Source: an uncultured virus (IMG/VR IMGVR_UViG_3300042317_001647) (Duplodnaviria; Heunggongvirae; Uroviricota; Caudoviricetes). From it: DNA of 64,000 nt. The notes under the pieces are model-generated. The model was not told where the DNA came from. It did not search any database and saw only the letters and a list, made by a program, of their open reading frames with translations. The stretch lies in IMG/VR virus record IMGVR_UViG_3300042317_001647, positions 1-64,000 of that record; one strand, given 5' to 3'. Of the stretch, positions 40,360 to 50,321 are shown piece by piece (position 1 is the stretch's first letter; the number at the start of each line of letters is the position of its first letter). The position numbers and the translations under genes are program-made.

Positions 40360-40388
40360 TTGACAGAATAAATTTTATGTTATAAAAT
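40360..40388 (+). promoter_or_regulatory. sigma70-type promoter
   Basis: TTGACA-17-TAAAAT. Confidence 0.75.
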
Positions 40389-40415
40389 AGGCTCATCGGA
40401 TATGGATTCCGATAT

Positions 40416-43400
40416 ATGGAAATTATAAGGCACACGGAAGAGGCAATGAAAAAACTAAAAATTAAACAACAAGCATTATCCACAGGTCTGAAAAGACTAT
40501 GGACTTATGCACTAATAATCAAACTTGATGATGAAACTTTCGTTAAATACGGCGATCATCGTGGATTCACACGCAAAGAAGTTATAAAATACGCACTAGA
40601 CGTGTCAGTTGGGAAATTCAGAGGACCATTAACTGAAGAAAAAAACTTATTAGGTGTATGGGATATGACTGATCACGCTATTTCAGTTGATCCATGCTAT
40701 GATCCAAACATTCAAGATGGCGACGTTAATTGCAGAAAAGGTTATGATAACGAAATTCGTGACTTAATGCCAATCAAGAAAAAGTATTACATTAATGACA
40801 TGGAAGGAAGAAGTTTAGAACTTCATCCAGTACCAGAATCATATATTACTTCAAACCCAAATTGGAGGACTGATATTGTCATAGAGTGGAATATTGCACA
40901 TGAAATGATCAAAAATGGTTCATATACACCAGTCTTAAAAACGTATGATGCTCGTGATTATTTGGTAGATAGTTTCAACAAAATAATCAATACCGACAAG
41001 CATCTGTTAGCTGCGGCAACAGGGGCTGGAAAGGAAACATCAACGCTGGCGTTGTTGATTCAAATTCACAAGATTAAAAATTTCACAAATGATAAAGTGA
41101 ATGTTGCTGTTGCTACAATTCCTAGTACTATAAGTGAATTACTCAACGAATTAGCATCAGTATCAGGCATCAACGTAGGTGATTATGGATTTGTTGACTT
41201 TTCGACAATAAAAATTTACATAACTCGCCAATGGTATGATTCATATATCAATAATTGCAATTATGCAACTAGACAAATGGTTAGAGCCAACGCAGTGATT
41301 ATCGATAAAATAACTGATATCCCAATGTATCATGACGACGGTATTGTTCCAGTATTATTTGGAAGTTACCACGATATTGCAAAAAAATCAGGCAATTTGT
41401 TAAATTCTAGATACGCAGGACTTTCTGATCGGATTGGCACTTTTAGCATAGGTGAGGCACACCAAATGTTAAGTAACTCCAACAATGTGATGTGGCAACA
41501 ATTAAATAGTGCTTTCCCAGAATGTTTCAAATTGTTTGTAACAGGTACCCCATATGACTTCATTTATGGAAAAACAGCTGCTGAACATTTCACAAGGTCT
41601 GAATATTCATTGTTCACACGGAATGACCTGTATAAAGACAAACGAACAAATCCTAATAGTGATTTCATGAATTATCCAGATTTCAATTTTTATGGGATCG
41701 ATGTAAAAGAAATTACCGCCCGTCTTAAAACTGATGATAACTGGCAATCTGATAGTGAAGGTTTCACCTGGCAGAAATTATTTTCTTTCCATGCAAAAAC
41801 CAACAAGTTCAAGTATGAAAAAACAATTCTGTGGCTATTTACTAGAATGTTTGGCAGTAGTGCATTTGATGAAAATGGTGATCGCTTAAGTATCTTCAAT
41901 GCACCAGAATTATGTGAAAAAGCCAAACAACATATCATGGTAGCATTACCAACTGGTAGTAAATCAGCTAGTGCAAAAGTATACATAAGTGCATTAAAAT
42001 CACTTTTAATACATCATGGTGTATTCCAAGGTATGATCTTTGATGCGTATGAGGATAACTTGGGACAACGAAAAAATGACATCGCAGAGTCAGTAGGTAG
42101 CACATTAACATTGACATGTATTAGAGATTGCACTGGCGCTAATATCCCAGAGTTGGGCACTTTTGTATTTCTTCGCAACCTTGGCGATAGCATAAAATTC
42201 TTTGAACAAGCAACTGGCCGGGTTGGAAGAGTAAGTGATGGTAAAACTAACTGTGGTGTATTTATTGGTGATTTAGAAGCATCAATGGCTATTATGGTTA
42301 ATATTGAAGAAAAACTATCCATAGACCGTGATAAAGAACGAAGTACTCGCCAAATCATTGACGAGATAATCGCAAATTATAACTATTTCACTGCCAGAAA
42401 TGGTGAATGGGTTGCAATTGACATCCCTAATTTTTCTGAAATTATTGAACAATGTAGTGCAAAAGGTGAGTATGGTGTTAATCAATGTATTAAAATTACC
42501 GATGCACCTGTAGATTTTGAATATAAATTTCATAATGCAGTATCAGCGGAGGGTCAAGTTGAGCAGTTAGTGGATAATGGAAACCCAGATGCAAAGAATA
42601 AGCAACGAGAAACTGTATGTATTCAACAAGGAATTCCATTTGATTCACCTAATGATCGAAAACTTAATTGGAACAATATGAAGTTAAAATTTGTTGCAAA
42701 ATGTCGTCTTTTTGCATTTATCCATAATACCCAAACAGTAAAAGAATGTGTAGATTTAGTTGAAGAAGCATTACAGTCTAATAATCATCAAATCTTGAAA
42801 TTTGTTGGGAAAGGCGTTGAGTATTTCCCAATTGTGATGTCAGATAATTCAGAAATTGATATTGCATATACCAATAGATGGATTCAGAAATTAAATGATA
42901 GCAAACATGATAGTGAAAAACTTCTAGAATTATTTGAAGATCCAATACATAGATCAGAAATTAGTTTTATAGCCGAATCAAACGATTTAATCAGAGAAGT
43001 TATAACTAATACACTTTCCAAATTGATTGCTAATGGGCTGTCACTAAATGAGCTATCATTTTATGACCCATGTGCTGGAAGAGGCGGGTTTTTACTAGAA
43101 TTATTCAAAATTGCAAAGGAATTTGGGCAAGATATCGATCCAACCAAAGTGTTTTACAATGATATCGATGGTGAGTGGCATGAATTTTTCTGTGTTATGA
43201 ATCAAAAGTTGAGTTTAAATATTCCAGAAAAAAATATCACTAACTATGATTTTCTCAATGCCCCAACTATAGAACAGGTCAATGTAATTCTAACTAACCC
43301 ACCATTCAACGCAGATGATACAAGCAGAGATGGCTATAAACACCGAGGCCAAGGTGATAATCTTGCAAAAAAATGCACACAATTGGCATTAACTATCGCA

Positions 43401-44039
43401 GATACCTTTGTTGTATCTATTATGCCATATGGTGGGAAAACCTATTCTAGTAAATCCAAAAAAGAGTATATTGAAAAAGGATTATATGAAATAGATTCAT
43501 GTAAAGAATACTTCACAAATATATCCTCTAATCCATGTGCATTTTATTTTGATAGATCAACTACCGTTTCAGACGTTAATGATAAATTTTATAATCATTC
43601 ATATGAAGTACCAGCCAATAATATTGGTTCGATTATGAGAGTCCAACCAGGGTCACTTGATAGAAATCAATTTGAATCTGAACTATTAGATAATGGGAAG
43701 TACAAAATGGTTGTTACTACCGGGAAAATAAGATACACTAACGATGAAGACCTGATAAACAGAATTAATGATGACACATCCAATTTCTGGCGGGTTGTAT
43801 TCAATTCAACTGAATCCACAGGAAAACTCGGTAAACTAATAATCGCAGAACCAGGCACTCATTTAAGTGGCAGTGTTAATTGCCTTAAGTTAGATTCTGA
43901 GGAGAATGCGCTAGTAATGAAAAATTATCTCGAATCAGATGAAATCATTAAACTAGTGGCGAATGTAAAAACAGTGAATGCAAGCAATAGTAAAAAGTAT
44001 CTGCAATATATTCCAATGCCGGTATTAAAAATTGCTTGA
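40416..44039 (+). CDS. SF2 helicase-like + amino-methyltransferase fusion (single-chain restriction-modification-like)
   Basis: ATGAGKE, GEAH, TGTP, QATGRVGR; YDPCAGRGGF and TNPPF. Confidence 0.8.
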   Translation: MEIIRHTEEAMKKLKIKQQALSTGLKRLWTYALIIKLDDETFVKYGDHRGFTRKEVIKYALDVSVGKFRGPLTEEKNLLGVWDMTDHAISVDPCYDPNIQDGDVNCRKGYDNEIRDLMPIKKKYYINDMEGRSLELHPVPESYITSNPNWRTDIVIEWNIAHEMIKNGSYTPVLKTYDARDYLVDSFNKIINTDKHLLAAATGAGKETSTLALLIQIHKIKNFTNDKVNVAVATIPSTISELLNELASVSGINVGDYGFVDFSTIKIYITRQWYDSYINNCNYATRQMVRANAVIIDKITDIPMYHDDGIVPVLFGSYHDIAKKSGNLLNSRYAGLSDRIGTFSIGEAHQMLSNSNNVMWQQLNSAFPECFKLFVTGTPYDFIYGKTAAEHFTRSEYSLFTRNDLYKDKRTNPNSDFMNYPDFNFYGIDVKEITARLKTDDNWQSDSEGFTWQKLFSFHAKTNKFKYEKTILWLFTRMFGSSAFDENGDRLSIFNAPELCEKAKQHIMVALPTGSKSASAKVYISALKSLLIHHGVFQGMIFDAYEDNLGQRKNDIAESVGSTLTLTCIRDCTGANIPELGTFVFLRNLGDSIKFFEQATGRVGRVSDGKTNCGVFIGDLEASMAIMVNIEEKLSIDRDKERSTRQIIDEIIANYNYFTARNGEWVAIDIPNFSEIIEQCSAKGEYGVNQCIKITDAPVDFEYKFHNAVSAEGQVEQLVDNGNPDAKNKQRETVCIQQGIPFDSPNDRKLNWNNMKLKFVAKCRLFAFIHNTQTVKECVDLVEEALQSNNHQILKFVGKGVEYFPIVMSDNSEIDIAYTNRWIQKLNDSKHDSEKLLELFEDPIHRSEISFIAESNDLIREVITNTLSKLIANGLSLNELSFYDPCAGRGGFLLELFKIAKEFGQDIDPTKVFYNDIDGEWHEFFCVMNQKLSLNIPEKNITNYDFLNAPTIEQVNVILTNPPFNADDTSRDGYKHRGQGDNLAKKCTQLALTIADTFVVSIMPYGGKTYSSKSKKEYIEKGLYEIDSCKEYFTNISSNPCAFYFDRSTTVSDVNDKFYNHSYEVPANNIGSIMRVQPGSLDRNQFESELLDNGKYKMVVTTGKIRYTNDEDLINRINDDTSNFWRVVFNSTESTGKLGKLIIAEPGTHLSGSVNCLKLDSEENALVMKNYLESDEIIKLVANVKTVNASNSKKYLQYIPMPVLKIA

Positions 44040-44064
44040 CATTATGAGATTTTTAGTGTATAAT
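44036..44064 (+). promoter_or_regulatory. sigma70-type promoter for dnaK
   Basis: TTGACA-17-TATAAT. Confidence 0.8.
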
Positions 44065-44200
44065 TCGCATTATATCCTCAATGTATTACGGTTCAACGTA
44101 AAAATACATTGATAGAAATTGTTAAAAATGATAAGATAAAGATAAATAAATCATAATAAACGCCGCATGGGTTTATTATACGGCATACTGCCATTAACAA

Positions 44201-44217
44201 CTCGCTTAATATAGGAG
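44201..44217 (+). promoter_or_regulatory. ROSE-like RNA thermometer hairpin (dnaK)
   Basis: CUCGCU pairs with SD AGGAG, leaving a bulged G. Confidence 0.55.
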
Positions 44218-44225
44218 AATACAAT

Positions 44226-46115
44226 ATGAAAAAAGTTACAATTGGTATAGATTTAGGTACAGGTGTTTCATGTGTTGCTGTTTTTGAAAACGGTACATAT
44301 AAAATTATTGAAAACTCAGAAGGTTCCAGAACCACACCAAGTATTGTCACATACGCAGACAATGAAATTCTAGTAGGTGCTGCTGCAAAAAGACAAGCAG
44401 TCACCAATCCAACCAACACAATTTATGAAGTAAAACGATTAATCGGTCGTAAGTTCAAAGATCCAGAAGTACAAAACAGCATCAAAACACTACCATATAA
44501 AGTAGTTGAAGCGGAAAATGGTGATGCATGGGTTGAAGTAAATGGTGTTCGACTATCACCGCAACAAGTATCAGCAGAGATTCTTCGAAAAATGAAGAAA
44601 ACTGCAGAAGAATATCTTGGTTACGAAGTCACAAATGCAGTTATAACAGTGCCTGCATATTTTAACGACGCTCAACGAGCCGCAACTAAAGATTCAGGAA
44701 GAATTGCAGGTCTCACGGTAGATCGAATTATTAATGAACCTACTGCTGGGTCATTAGCGTTTGGACTTGACAAACAATCAACAATCGACAAAAAAGTATT
44801 AATTTGGGACACTGGTTCGGGCACTCATGACATCTCAGTGATTGAAATTGCAAATGTTGATGGCGAGCAACAGTTTGAGGTATTATCCACCAATGGTGAT
44901 ACCCATCTAGGTGGATCAGATTTTGATAACCGTCTTATTGAATTTTTGAATTCAGAATTCAAAAATGAGACAGGTATCAATTTACAAGATGACGTTATTG
45001 CACTACAACGGTTGAAAGAAGCAGCTGAAAAAGCTAAAATTGAATTGTCTAGTACTATGCAGACCACGGTCAATCTACCATATATCACCGCAGATGCTTC
45101 TGGCCCAAAACATTTAAACGTATCCATTACTAGGGCAAAATTTGAATCATTAATTGATGATTTGATTGAGCGTAGTATTGCACCATGTAAAACTGCGCTT
45201 AAAGATGCAAATATGTCAGTTAATGATATCGACGATGTAATTTTAATTGGTGGATCCACTCGAATTCCAAAATTACAAGAAGCGGTTGAAAAATTATTTG
45301 GTAAAACACCGCGTAAAGACGTAAATCCAGACGAAGCAGTGGCAGCTGGTGCAGCAATCCAAGGTGCAGTTTTAGCAGGTGATAAAACCGACGTGTTATT
45401 ACTAGATGTAACACCATTATCGCTTGGTATTGAAACAATGGGTGGTGTGTTTACTAAATTAATTCAAAAAAACACAACAATTCCAACCAAAGCCAGTCAA
45501 ACATTCTCAACAGCGGATGATAACCAGCCAGCCGTAACTATTAAAGTTGGGCAAGGTGAACGTGATTTATATAGATATAACAAACAGTTGGGTGAATTTA
45601 ATTTAGATGGGATTCCACCTGCACCACGCGGTATTCCACAAATCGAAGTAACTTTTGATATTGATGCAAATGGTATTATGCACATTTCAGCAGCGGATAA
45701 GGGCACTGGTAAGAAGAATAACATCACCATTAAATCGGATTCAGGATTAACCGAGGAAGAAATTCAACGTATGGTGAAAGATGCTGAAGAAAATGCCGAT
45801 GCAGATAAAAAACAAAAAGAGTTGATTGAAGCACGTAACCAAGCAGAATCACAACGTCACTCTTTGCAAAAAGACTTTGATGAAGTAAAAGATCAATTAA
45901 CTGATGAAGAAAAATCAGCATTTCAATCAGCTGTCGAAAATCTTGAAAAAGCCAATAGCGGCGATAATGTCGAAGAAATTCAACAATCGATACAAAAATT
46001 GTTTGAAGCAGCCACTCCGGTTTTTGCAAAAAAACAAGAAGCTGAACAAGCAAATAATCCGTCAACAACCGAAGGCGGTGATGATTCCATGAATGCGGAA
46101 TTCAAAGAGGTTTAA
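44226..46115 (+). CDS. dnaK: Hsp70 chaperone DnaK
   Basis: [42 protein letters not shown]. Confidence 0.97.
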   Translation: MKKVTIGIDLGTGVSCVAVFENGTYKIIENSEGSRTTPSIVTYADNEILVGAAAKRQAVTNPTNTIYEVKRLIGRKFKDPEVQNSIKTLPYKVVEAENGDAWVEVNGVRLSPQQVSAEILRKMKKTAEEYLGYEVTNAVITVPAYFNDAQRAATKDSGRIAGLTVDRIINEPTAGSLAFGLDKQSTIDKKVLIWDTGSGTHDISVIEIANVDGEQQFEVLSTNGDTHLGGSDFDNRLIEFLNSEFKNETGINLQDDVIALQRLKEAAEKAKIELSSTMQTTVNLPYITADASGPKHLNVSITRAKFESLIDDLIERSIAPCKTALKDANMSVNDIDDVILIGGSTRIPKLQEAVEKLFGKTPRKDVNPDEAVAAGAAIQGAVLAGDKTDVLLLDVTPLSLGIETMGGVFTKLIQKNTTIPTKASQTFSTADDNQPAVTIKVGQGERDLYRYNKQLGEFNLDGIPPAPRGIPQIEVTFDIDANGIMHISAADKGTGKKNNITIKSDSGLTEEEIQRMVKDAEENADADKKQKELIEARNQAESQRHSLQKDFDEVKDQLTDEEKSAFQSAVENLEKANSGDNVEEIQQSIQKLFEAATPVFAKKQEAEQANNPSTTEGGDDSMNAEFKEV

Positions 46116-46132
46116 TCACAAGTGTGATATAT

Positions 46133-46189
46133 GCTCATAACATGCCAAATTGGGTGTTATGAGCTTCTTGCTTAAATAAGGAGACAAGC
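46133..46189 (+). promoter_or_regulatory. ROSE-like RNA thermometer (hsp20)
   Basis: 5' hairpin GCTCATAAC/GTTATGAGC, then UCUUGCU pairing with AGGAGA with a bulged G. Confidence 0.65.
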
Positions 46190-46627
46190 ATGACAACATT
46201 AAGACCAATAGACGCATCAGTGTTAGCTAAAACTTTAATTGGCTTTGATAGCCTTTTTAATTCACGTATTAATTTTAACACTAGTAGTTATCCACCGCAT
46301 AACATCATAAAATATGATGATTTGAACTATGGCATTGAATTAGCTGTATCAGGCTTTACAAAAGACGATATCTCTGTTATGATTGATAGTTCGCATTCAG
46401 CAGGGTCAAATATTCTTAAAATCACAGGTACGCACAGTGATAAAGTAGAGTCAGCTGATTGGGAGTATTTACATCGTGGATTAGCATCACGTGATTTTGA
46501 ACAGACTTATGCATTAGCAGAATTCATGGAAGTTCGAGAAGCAGAAGTAAAAGATGGGTTGCTTAAAATTAAAATTGAGCGTATAATCCCTGAAACGTTA
46601 CAACCAAGAAAAATCGAAATTAAATAA
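46190..46627 (+). CDS. Small heat-shock protein (IbpA-like Hsp20)
   Basis: YPPHNI, ELAVSGF, YLHRGLASRDF, DGLLKI. Confidence 0.92.
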   Translation: MTTLRPIDASVLAKTLIGFDSLFNSRINFNTSSYPPHNIIKYDDLNYGIELAVSGFTKDDISVMIDSSHSAGSNILKITGTHSDKVESADWEYLHRGLASRDFEQTYALAEFMEVREAEVKDGLLKIKIERIIPETLQPRKIEIK

Positions 46628-46669
46628 TAATCAGGGGGAGGAAACTCCCCCACCTACCTGGAATTAAAT

Positions 46670-46969
46670 ATGTCTACCGATATTAAAATTAAAGAAAATG
46701 TTGCAGTCAAAGTTGCCGAACCAAAACGATGGAAAGTTGTTGTGCTTAATGACGACCACACACCTGTTGATTTTGTAATTGCAATGTTGATTGAAATCTT
46801 TAATCATACAATCCATTCAGCAACCACTATCACTATGCAAGTTCATGAAAGCGGATCTGGTATTGCTGGTTTTTATGATTTCGAAATAGCAGAAACTAAA
46901 TCGGTAGAGGCGACCAAAATGGCCCGTGAAAATGGGTTCCCATTACAAATAACTATCGCAGAGGAATAA
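46670..46969 (+). CDS. clpS: ATP-dependent Clp protease adaptor ClpS
   Basis: VVVLNDDHTPVDFV, QVHESG, AETK, FPL. Confidence 0.9.
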   Translation: MSTDIKIKENVAVKVAEPKRWKVVVLNDDHTPVDFVIAMLIEIFNHTIHSATTITMQVHESGSGIAGFYDFEIAETKSVEATKMARENGFPLQITIAEE

Positions 46970-47506
46970 ATGAGTTTAAAAGAGATCACCAAAGATTTGC
47001 ACACGGAAGCTGAAAAAACATCTTTTGCAAAATTACTATTAACCGGTAAAATTTCACAAGAATTGTATACAAATTATCTATATCAGATGATGGCTGCATA
47101 CGGACCTGTAGAATTTGGGTGTAAAATATTAGGGTTTTTTGATAACTTACCAGGTATTGAACGTTTACCTGGAATTTACCAAGATTTTATTGAATTGCGT
47201 GATATCAATACACATTATGCGTTTTTACCAGAAACGATGGCTTATAATCAATATGTAGTAGATTTATTGAATGATCCGACACGTAGACATTTAATAAAAG
47301 CACATTTATATGTTCGTCACACGGGGGATTTATACGGTGGGCAATACATCGCAAAAACAACACCTGGTTCTGGAAAATTCTACCAGTTTGATGACGTAGA
47401 CGGATTAAGAAATGCAATTAGAGCAGAAATGACAGATGATTTAGGTGATGAGGCTAGAGTTGCGTTTGAATGGGCAATAAAAATCATGAAGGCGTTACAT
47501 GAATAA
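46970..47506 (+). CDS. Heme oxygenase
   Basis: LKEITKDLHTEAE (proximal His), AHLYVRHTGDLYGGQ, EARVAF. Confidence 0.88.
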   Translation: MSLKEITKDLHTEAEKTSFAKLLLTGKISQELYTNYLYQMMAAYGPVEFGCKILGFFDNLPGIERLPGIYQDFIELRDINTHYAFLPETMAYNQYVVDLLNDPTRRHLIKAHLYVRHTGDLYGGQYIAKTTPGSGKFYQFDDVDGLRNAIRAEMTDDLGDEARVAFEWAIKIMKALHE

Positions 47507-48170
47507 ACTGCTGGATTCGTTAAATAGCATTCAGCAGTTATTCACACACCAGCTCGATGAATCAGGAAAAATTTCTGCTTCATCAATTGAGCAATTCAAT
47601 AACCCAGGTTGGTGTAATACCACCTGGGTTTCTGATTTATATAGAAAAGCACATATCAATGTTATTGATACAATGGATACTCGTGGGTTATGGATGATGC
47701 ATTGCTGCATTTATCCACATTATCATAACCCTGCACCAATTTTTGGGTTTGATGTGTTTGCCGGTAGAAATAAAATAACTGGGTGTTTTCATGATTTTAG
47801 CCCAGTCATTAGTAATCACCCATTATCATCTTGGTTTGACGAAGAATCAAATAAATTATCATGGAATAAAAAAAGAGAATTACCAGATTGGGGTAAACGT
47901 ATTTTCTCAGAATCGATAATTGCCGCTGGTAATATTCAACTAGATTCTGAGATATCTCAAATAGTGTCTACCATTTCATCCACCCTGCTAACATATCTTA
48001 TATCATTAAAAGATACCAATCACACAGTTCTTGATATTTCAGATAAACATAGGTTTTATATTGAAAATCAACGGCTTAACCCACACAATCCCAAAGTTCT
48101 AATGAATTTAGGTCTGACAGAAGATCAAGCATCTATCTATGTAACACAGTGTTTGTTTCCAATAGATTAA
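47499..48170 (+). CDS. Ferredoxin-dependent bilin reductase (PcyA/PcyX type)
   Basis: RKAH, WMMHCCIYP, PIFGFDV, HDFSP, RELPDWG.IFS, NQRLNPH. Confidence 0.85.
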   Translation: MNKLLDSLNSIQQLFTHQLDESGKISASSIEQFNNPGWCNTTWVSDLYRKAHINVIDTMDTRGLWMMHCCIYPHYHNPAPIFGFDVFAGRNKITGCFHDFSPVISNHPLSSWFDEESNKLSWNKKRELPDWGKRIFSESIIAAGNIQLDSEISQIVSTISSTLLTYLISLKDTNHTVLDISDKHRFYIENQRLNPHNPKVLMNLGLTEDQASIYVTQCLFPID

Positions 48171-48224
48171 CTTCTAGTATTATTTTGGCATTCCTTTATT
48201 TAAATACGATAAGGGGGTACATTC

Positions 48225-48704
48225 ATGACCAAAGTACTAGGTTTTTCATTATTAATTGTAGCATTATCTGTAAATTCATCCGAATTACAGCACACGTTTA
48301 ATAGTCCAGCATTTAGTGGCATTGGATTTAGCTCACATGCGTTAACACTAAATCAATTAGAAACGCAAGCATCTGATAAAAATAAAGCTGCTGCGGATGC
48401 ATTACGTACAAAGATATTATCTGATGCTCAAAATACTCCACAAGCTAAATTTTTAGCAAATTTAGAATCTAGAATTTACTCACAATTAGCTAAACAATTA
48501 ACTGACTCTATGTTTAGTGAAGGATCAACATGCACCACACCAGGAGCAGTATGCGGAACAATGCCAGATTTAGGCGGCAATAGTGTCACTTGGAGTTTAG
48601 GCGCTGGATTGGATCAAGGATTGATTATTATTAATATCACTAATAACTCAAACCCATCTCAATCCACATCAATGAAAGTACCATCTGGGTCATTTTATTT
48701 CTAA
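48225..48704 (+). CDS. csgF: CsgF-like curli secretion accessory protein
   Basis: Signal peptide; LQHTFNSPAFSG; FLANLESRIYSQL; directly upstream of csgG. Confidence 0.7.
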   Translation: MTKVLGFSLLIVALSVNSSELQHTFNSPAFSGIGFSSHALTLNQLETQASDKNKAAADALRTKILSDAQNTPQAKFLANLESRIYSQLAKQLTDSMFSEGSTCTTPGAVCGTMPDLGGNSVTWSLGAGLDQGLIIINITNNSNPSQSTSMKVPSGSFYF

Positions 48705-48706
48705 TT

Positions 48707-49525
48707 ATGAACAAAATTATTATTTTATCAATGATATTATTACAAGGGTGTGCTACCAGCAGTGCTATAAACAAATTTATCACAGGTGAACAATTTGACA
48801 ATCCGATTATCGAGCAAAGTATTTTTTTATTAAAAGATGAAAACAAATTAGATCCACCATCATCTGGATCTATCCCCATCGCAGTTTACGGGTTTACTGA
48901 TAAAACTGGTCAAAGAAAATCAATGCCAAATATTGCCAGTTTAAGTTCTGCGGTCACGCAAGGTGCTGAGAACTACTTGATTAAAGCATTACAAGATGTG
49001 GGTGATGCTAGATGGTTCACAGTGGTTGAACGAGTTGGGTTGGATAACTTGATCAAAGAACGACAGATGATTAGGCAAGCTCGTGAGCAATTCCAAGGTA
49101 AAGATGCACAAGCATTACCAGCTATGTTATTCGCAGGGGTTATAGCAGAAGGGGCAATTGTCGGTTATGATTCCAATACGTTGACAGGGGGTGCTGGGGT
49201 TCGGATTTTTGGAATCGGAGGCGAAACACAATATCAAAGTGACACAGTTACTGTGAGTCTGCGGACTGTATCAGTTACATCAGGCGAGATTTTAACATCG
49301 GTCACCGTAACAAAAACAGTGTTAAGTTATATGGATAAATTTGGTGTATTGAGATTCATTGCCGCCGACACCAAAGCATTAGAAGCAGAAATAGGTGGTA
49401 GCATAAACGAAAGTATTAATAGAGCAACTAATAAAGCTATCCAAGCCGCAGTTGTAGATACAGTTCGTGAAGGCGCTCGTAAAGGTCACTGGGCGTTTAA
49501 ATCAACAATGGAGCAAAGGAAATGA
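48707..49525 (+). CDS. csgG: CsgG/HfaB curli secretion channel lipoprotein
   Basis: Lipobox LLQGC; IAVYGFTDKTGQRK; AVTQGA; WFTVVERVGLDNLIKERQMIR. Confidence 0.9.
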   Translation: MNKIIILSMILLQGCATSSAINKFITGEQFDNPIIEQSIFLLKDENKLDPPSSGSIPIAVYGFTDKTGQRKSMPNIASLSSAVTQGAENYLIKALQDVGDARWFTVVERVGLDNLIKERQMIRQAREQFQGKDAQALPAMLFAGVIAEGAIVGYDSNTLTGGAGVRIFGIGGETQYQSDTVTVSLRTVSVTSGEILTSVTVTKTVLSYMDKFGVLRFIAADTKALEAEIGGSINESINRATNKAIQAAVVDTVREGARKGHWAFKSTMEQRK

Positions 49526-50319
49526 AACTAAAAATAATTAATTATTTAATAGCATCATTAATGGTATCTTTTTCATCATTATTATTAGCAACCGGCACTG
49601 CAACTGGTCCCAATAATGTGTTCATGGAACAATTAGGCAATACTAATGTTATTACAATCGAACAGGTAGGCGGCACCAATAATATAGGAGGTATATCTGG
49701 AACTATCACAACTGATGCCAATACTAATGTGGTTACAAATGTACCAGATGCACCAAGTGCATCTAATTATGCCACTATCAATGGTGGCAGCAATACACTG
49801 TCAATGACACAACACGGGAATAACAACTGGGCACAATATATCATCAGAGGAAGTAACAATCGCTATTCAAATACTGTTACTGGGAATGATAACAATAATA
49901 GATTAGTGATCGGTGATACCAATCATACAGATAATCATCATGTTGTTATCACCGAAACTATTACTGGCAATTCAAACTCAGTTATCCAAAATATCATAGG
50001 CAATTATATTTCTAGTACTTTAGGAATTACGGGCAATAGTAATCAGGTCACAGAAAATCTTTTAAGTACTAATGGTGTGTCTGATATAAGCATCACGGGA
50101 AATAGTAATTTGTTAAACGTCGAGCAAAGTGATGTCGCTGGGGCTATTGGTCACAATTTAAAAGAAGTAATTGTTGGTAATTTTAATGCTATCACCACTC
50201 AACAACAAGGAACGAATGACACTACTATTGATATCAAGACATCAGGTGATAATAATATAATCACGGTTAGATCTAGCTCAAGTACAATAGTAAATGCACA
50301 AGCCGCTATAGCAAGATAG
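49522..50319 (+). CDS. Curlin-like Asn/Gln/Gly repeat secreted protein
   Basis: Signal peptide; repeated (I/Q)-x-G-N-x-N units with ~22-23 aa period. Confidence 0.75.
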   Translation: MKLKIINYLIASLMVSFSSLLLATGTATGPNNVFMEQLGNTNVITIEQVGGTNNIGGISGTITTDANTNVVTNVPDAPSASNYATINGGSNTLSMTQHGNNNWAQYIIRGSNNRYSNTVTGNDNNNRLVIGDTNHTDNHHVVITETITGNSNSVIQNIIGNYISSTLGITGNSNQVTENLLSTNGVSDISITGNSNLLNVEQSDVAGAIGHNLKEVIVGNFNAITTQQQGTNDTTIDIKTSGDNNIITVRSSSSTIVNAQAAIAR

Positions 50320-50321
50320 TT

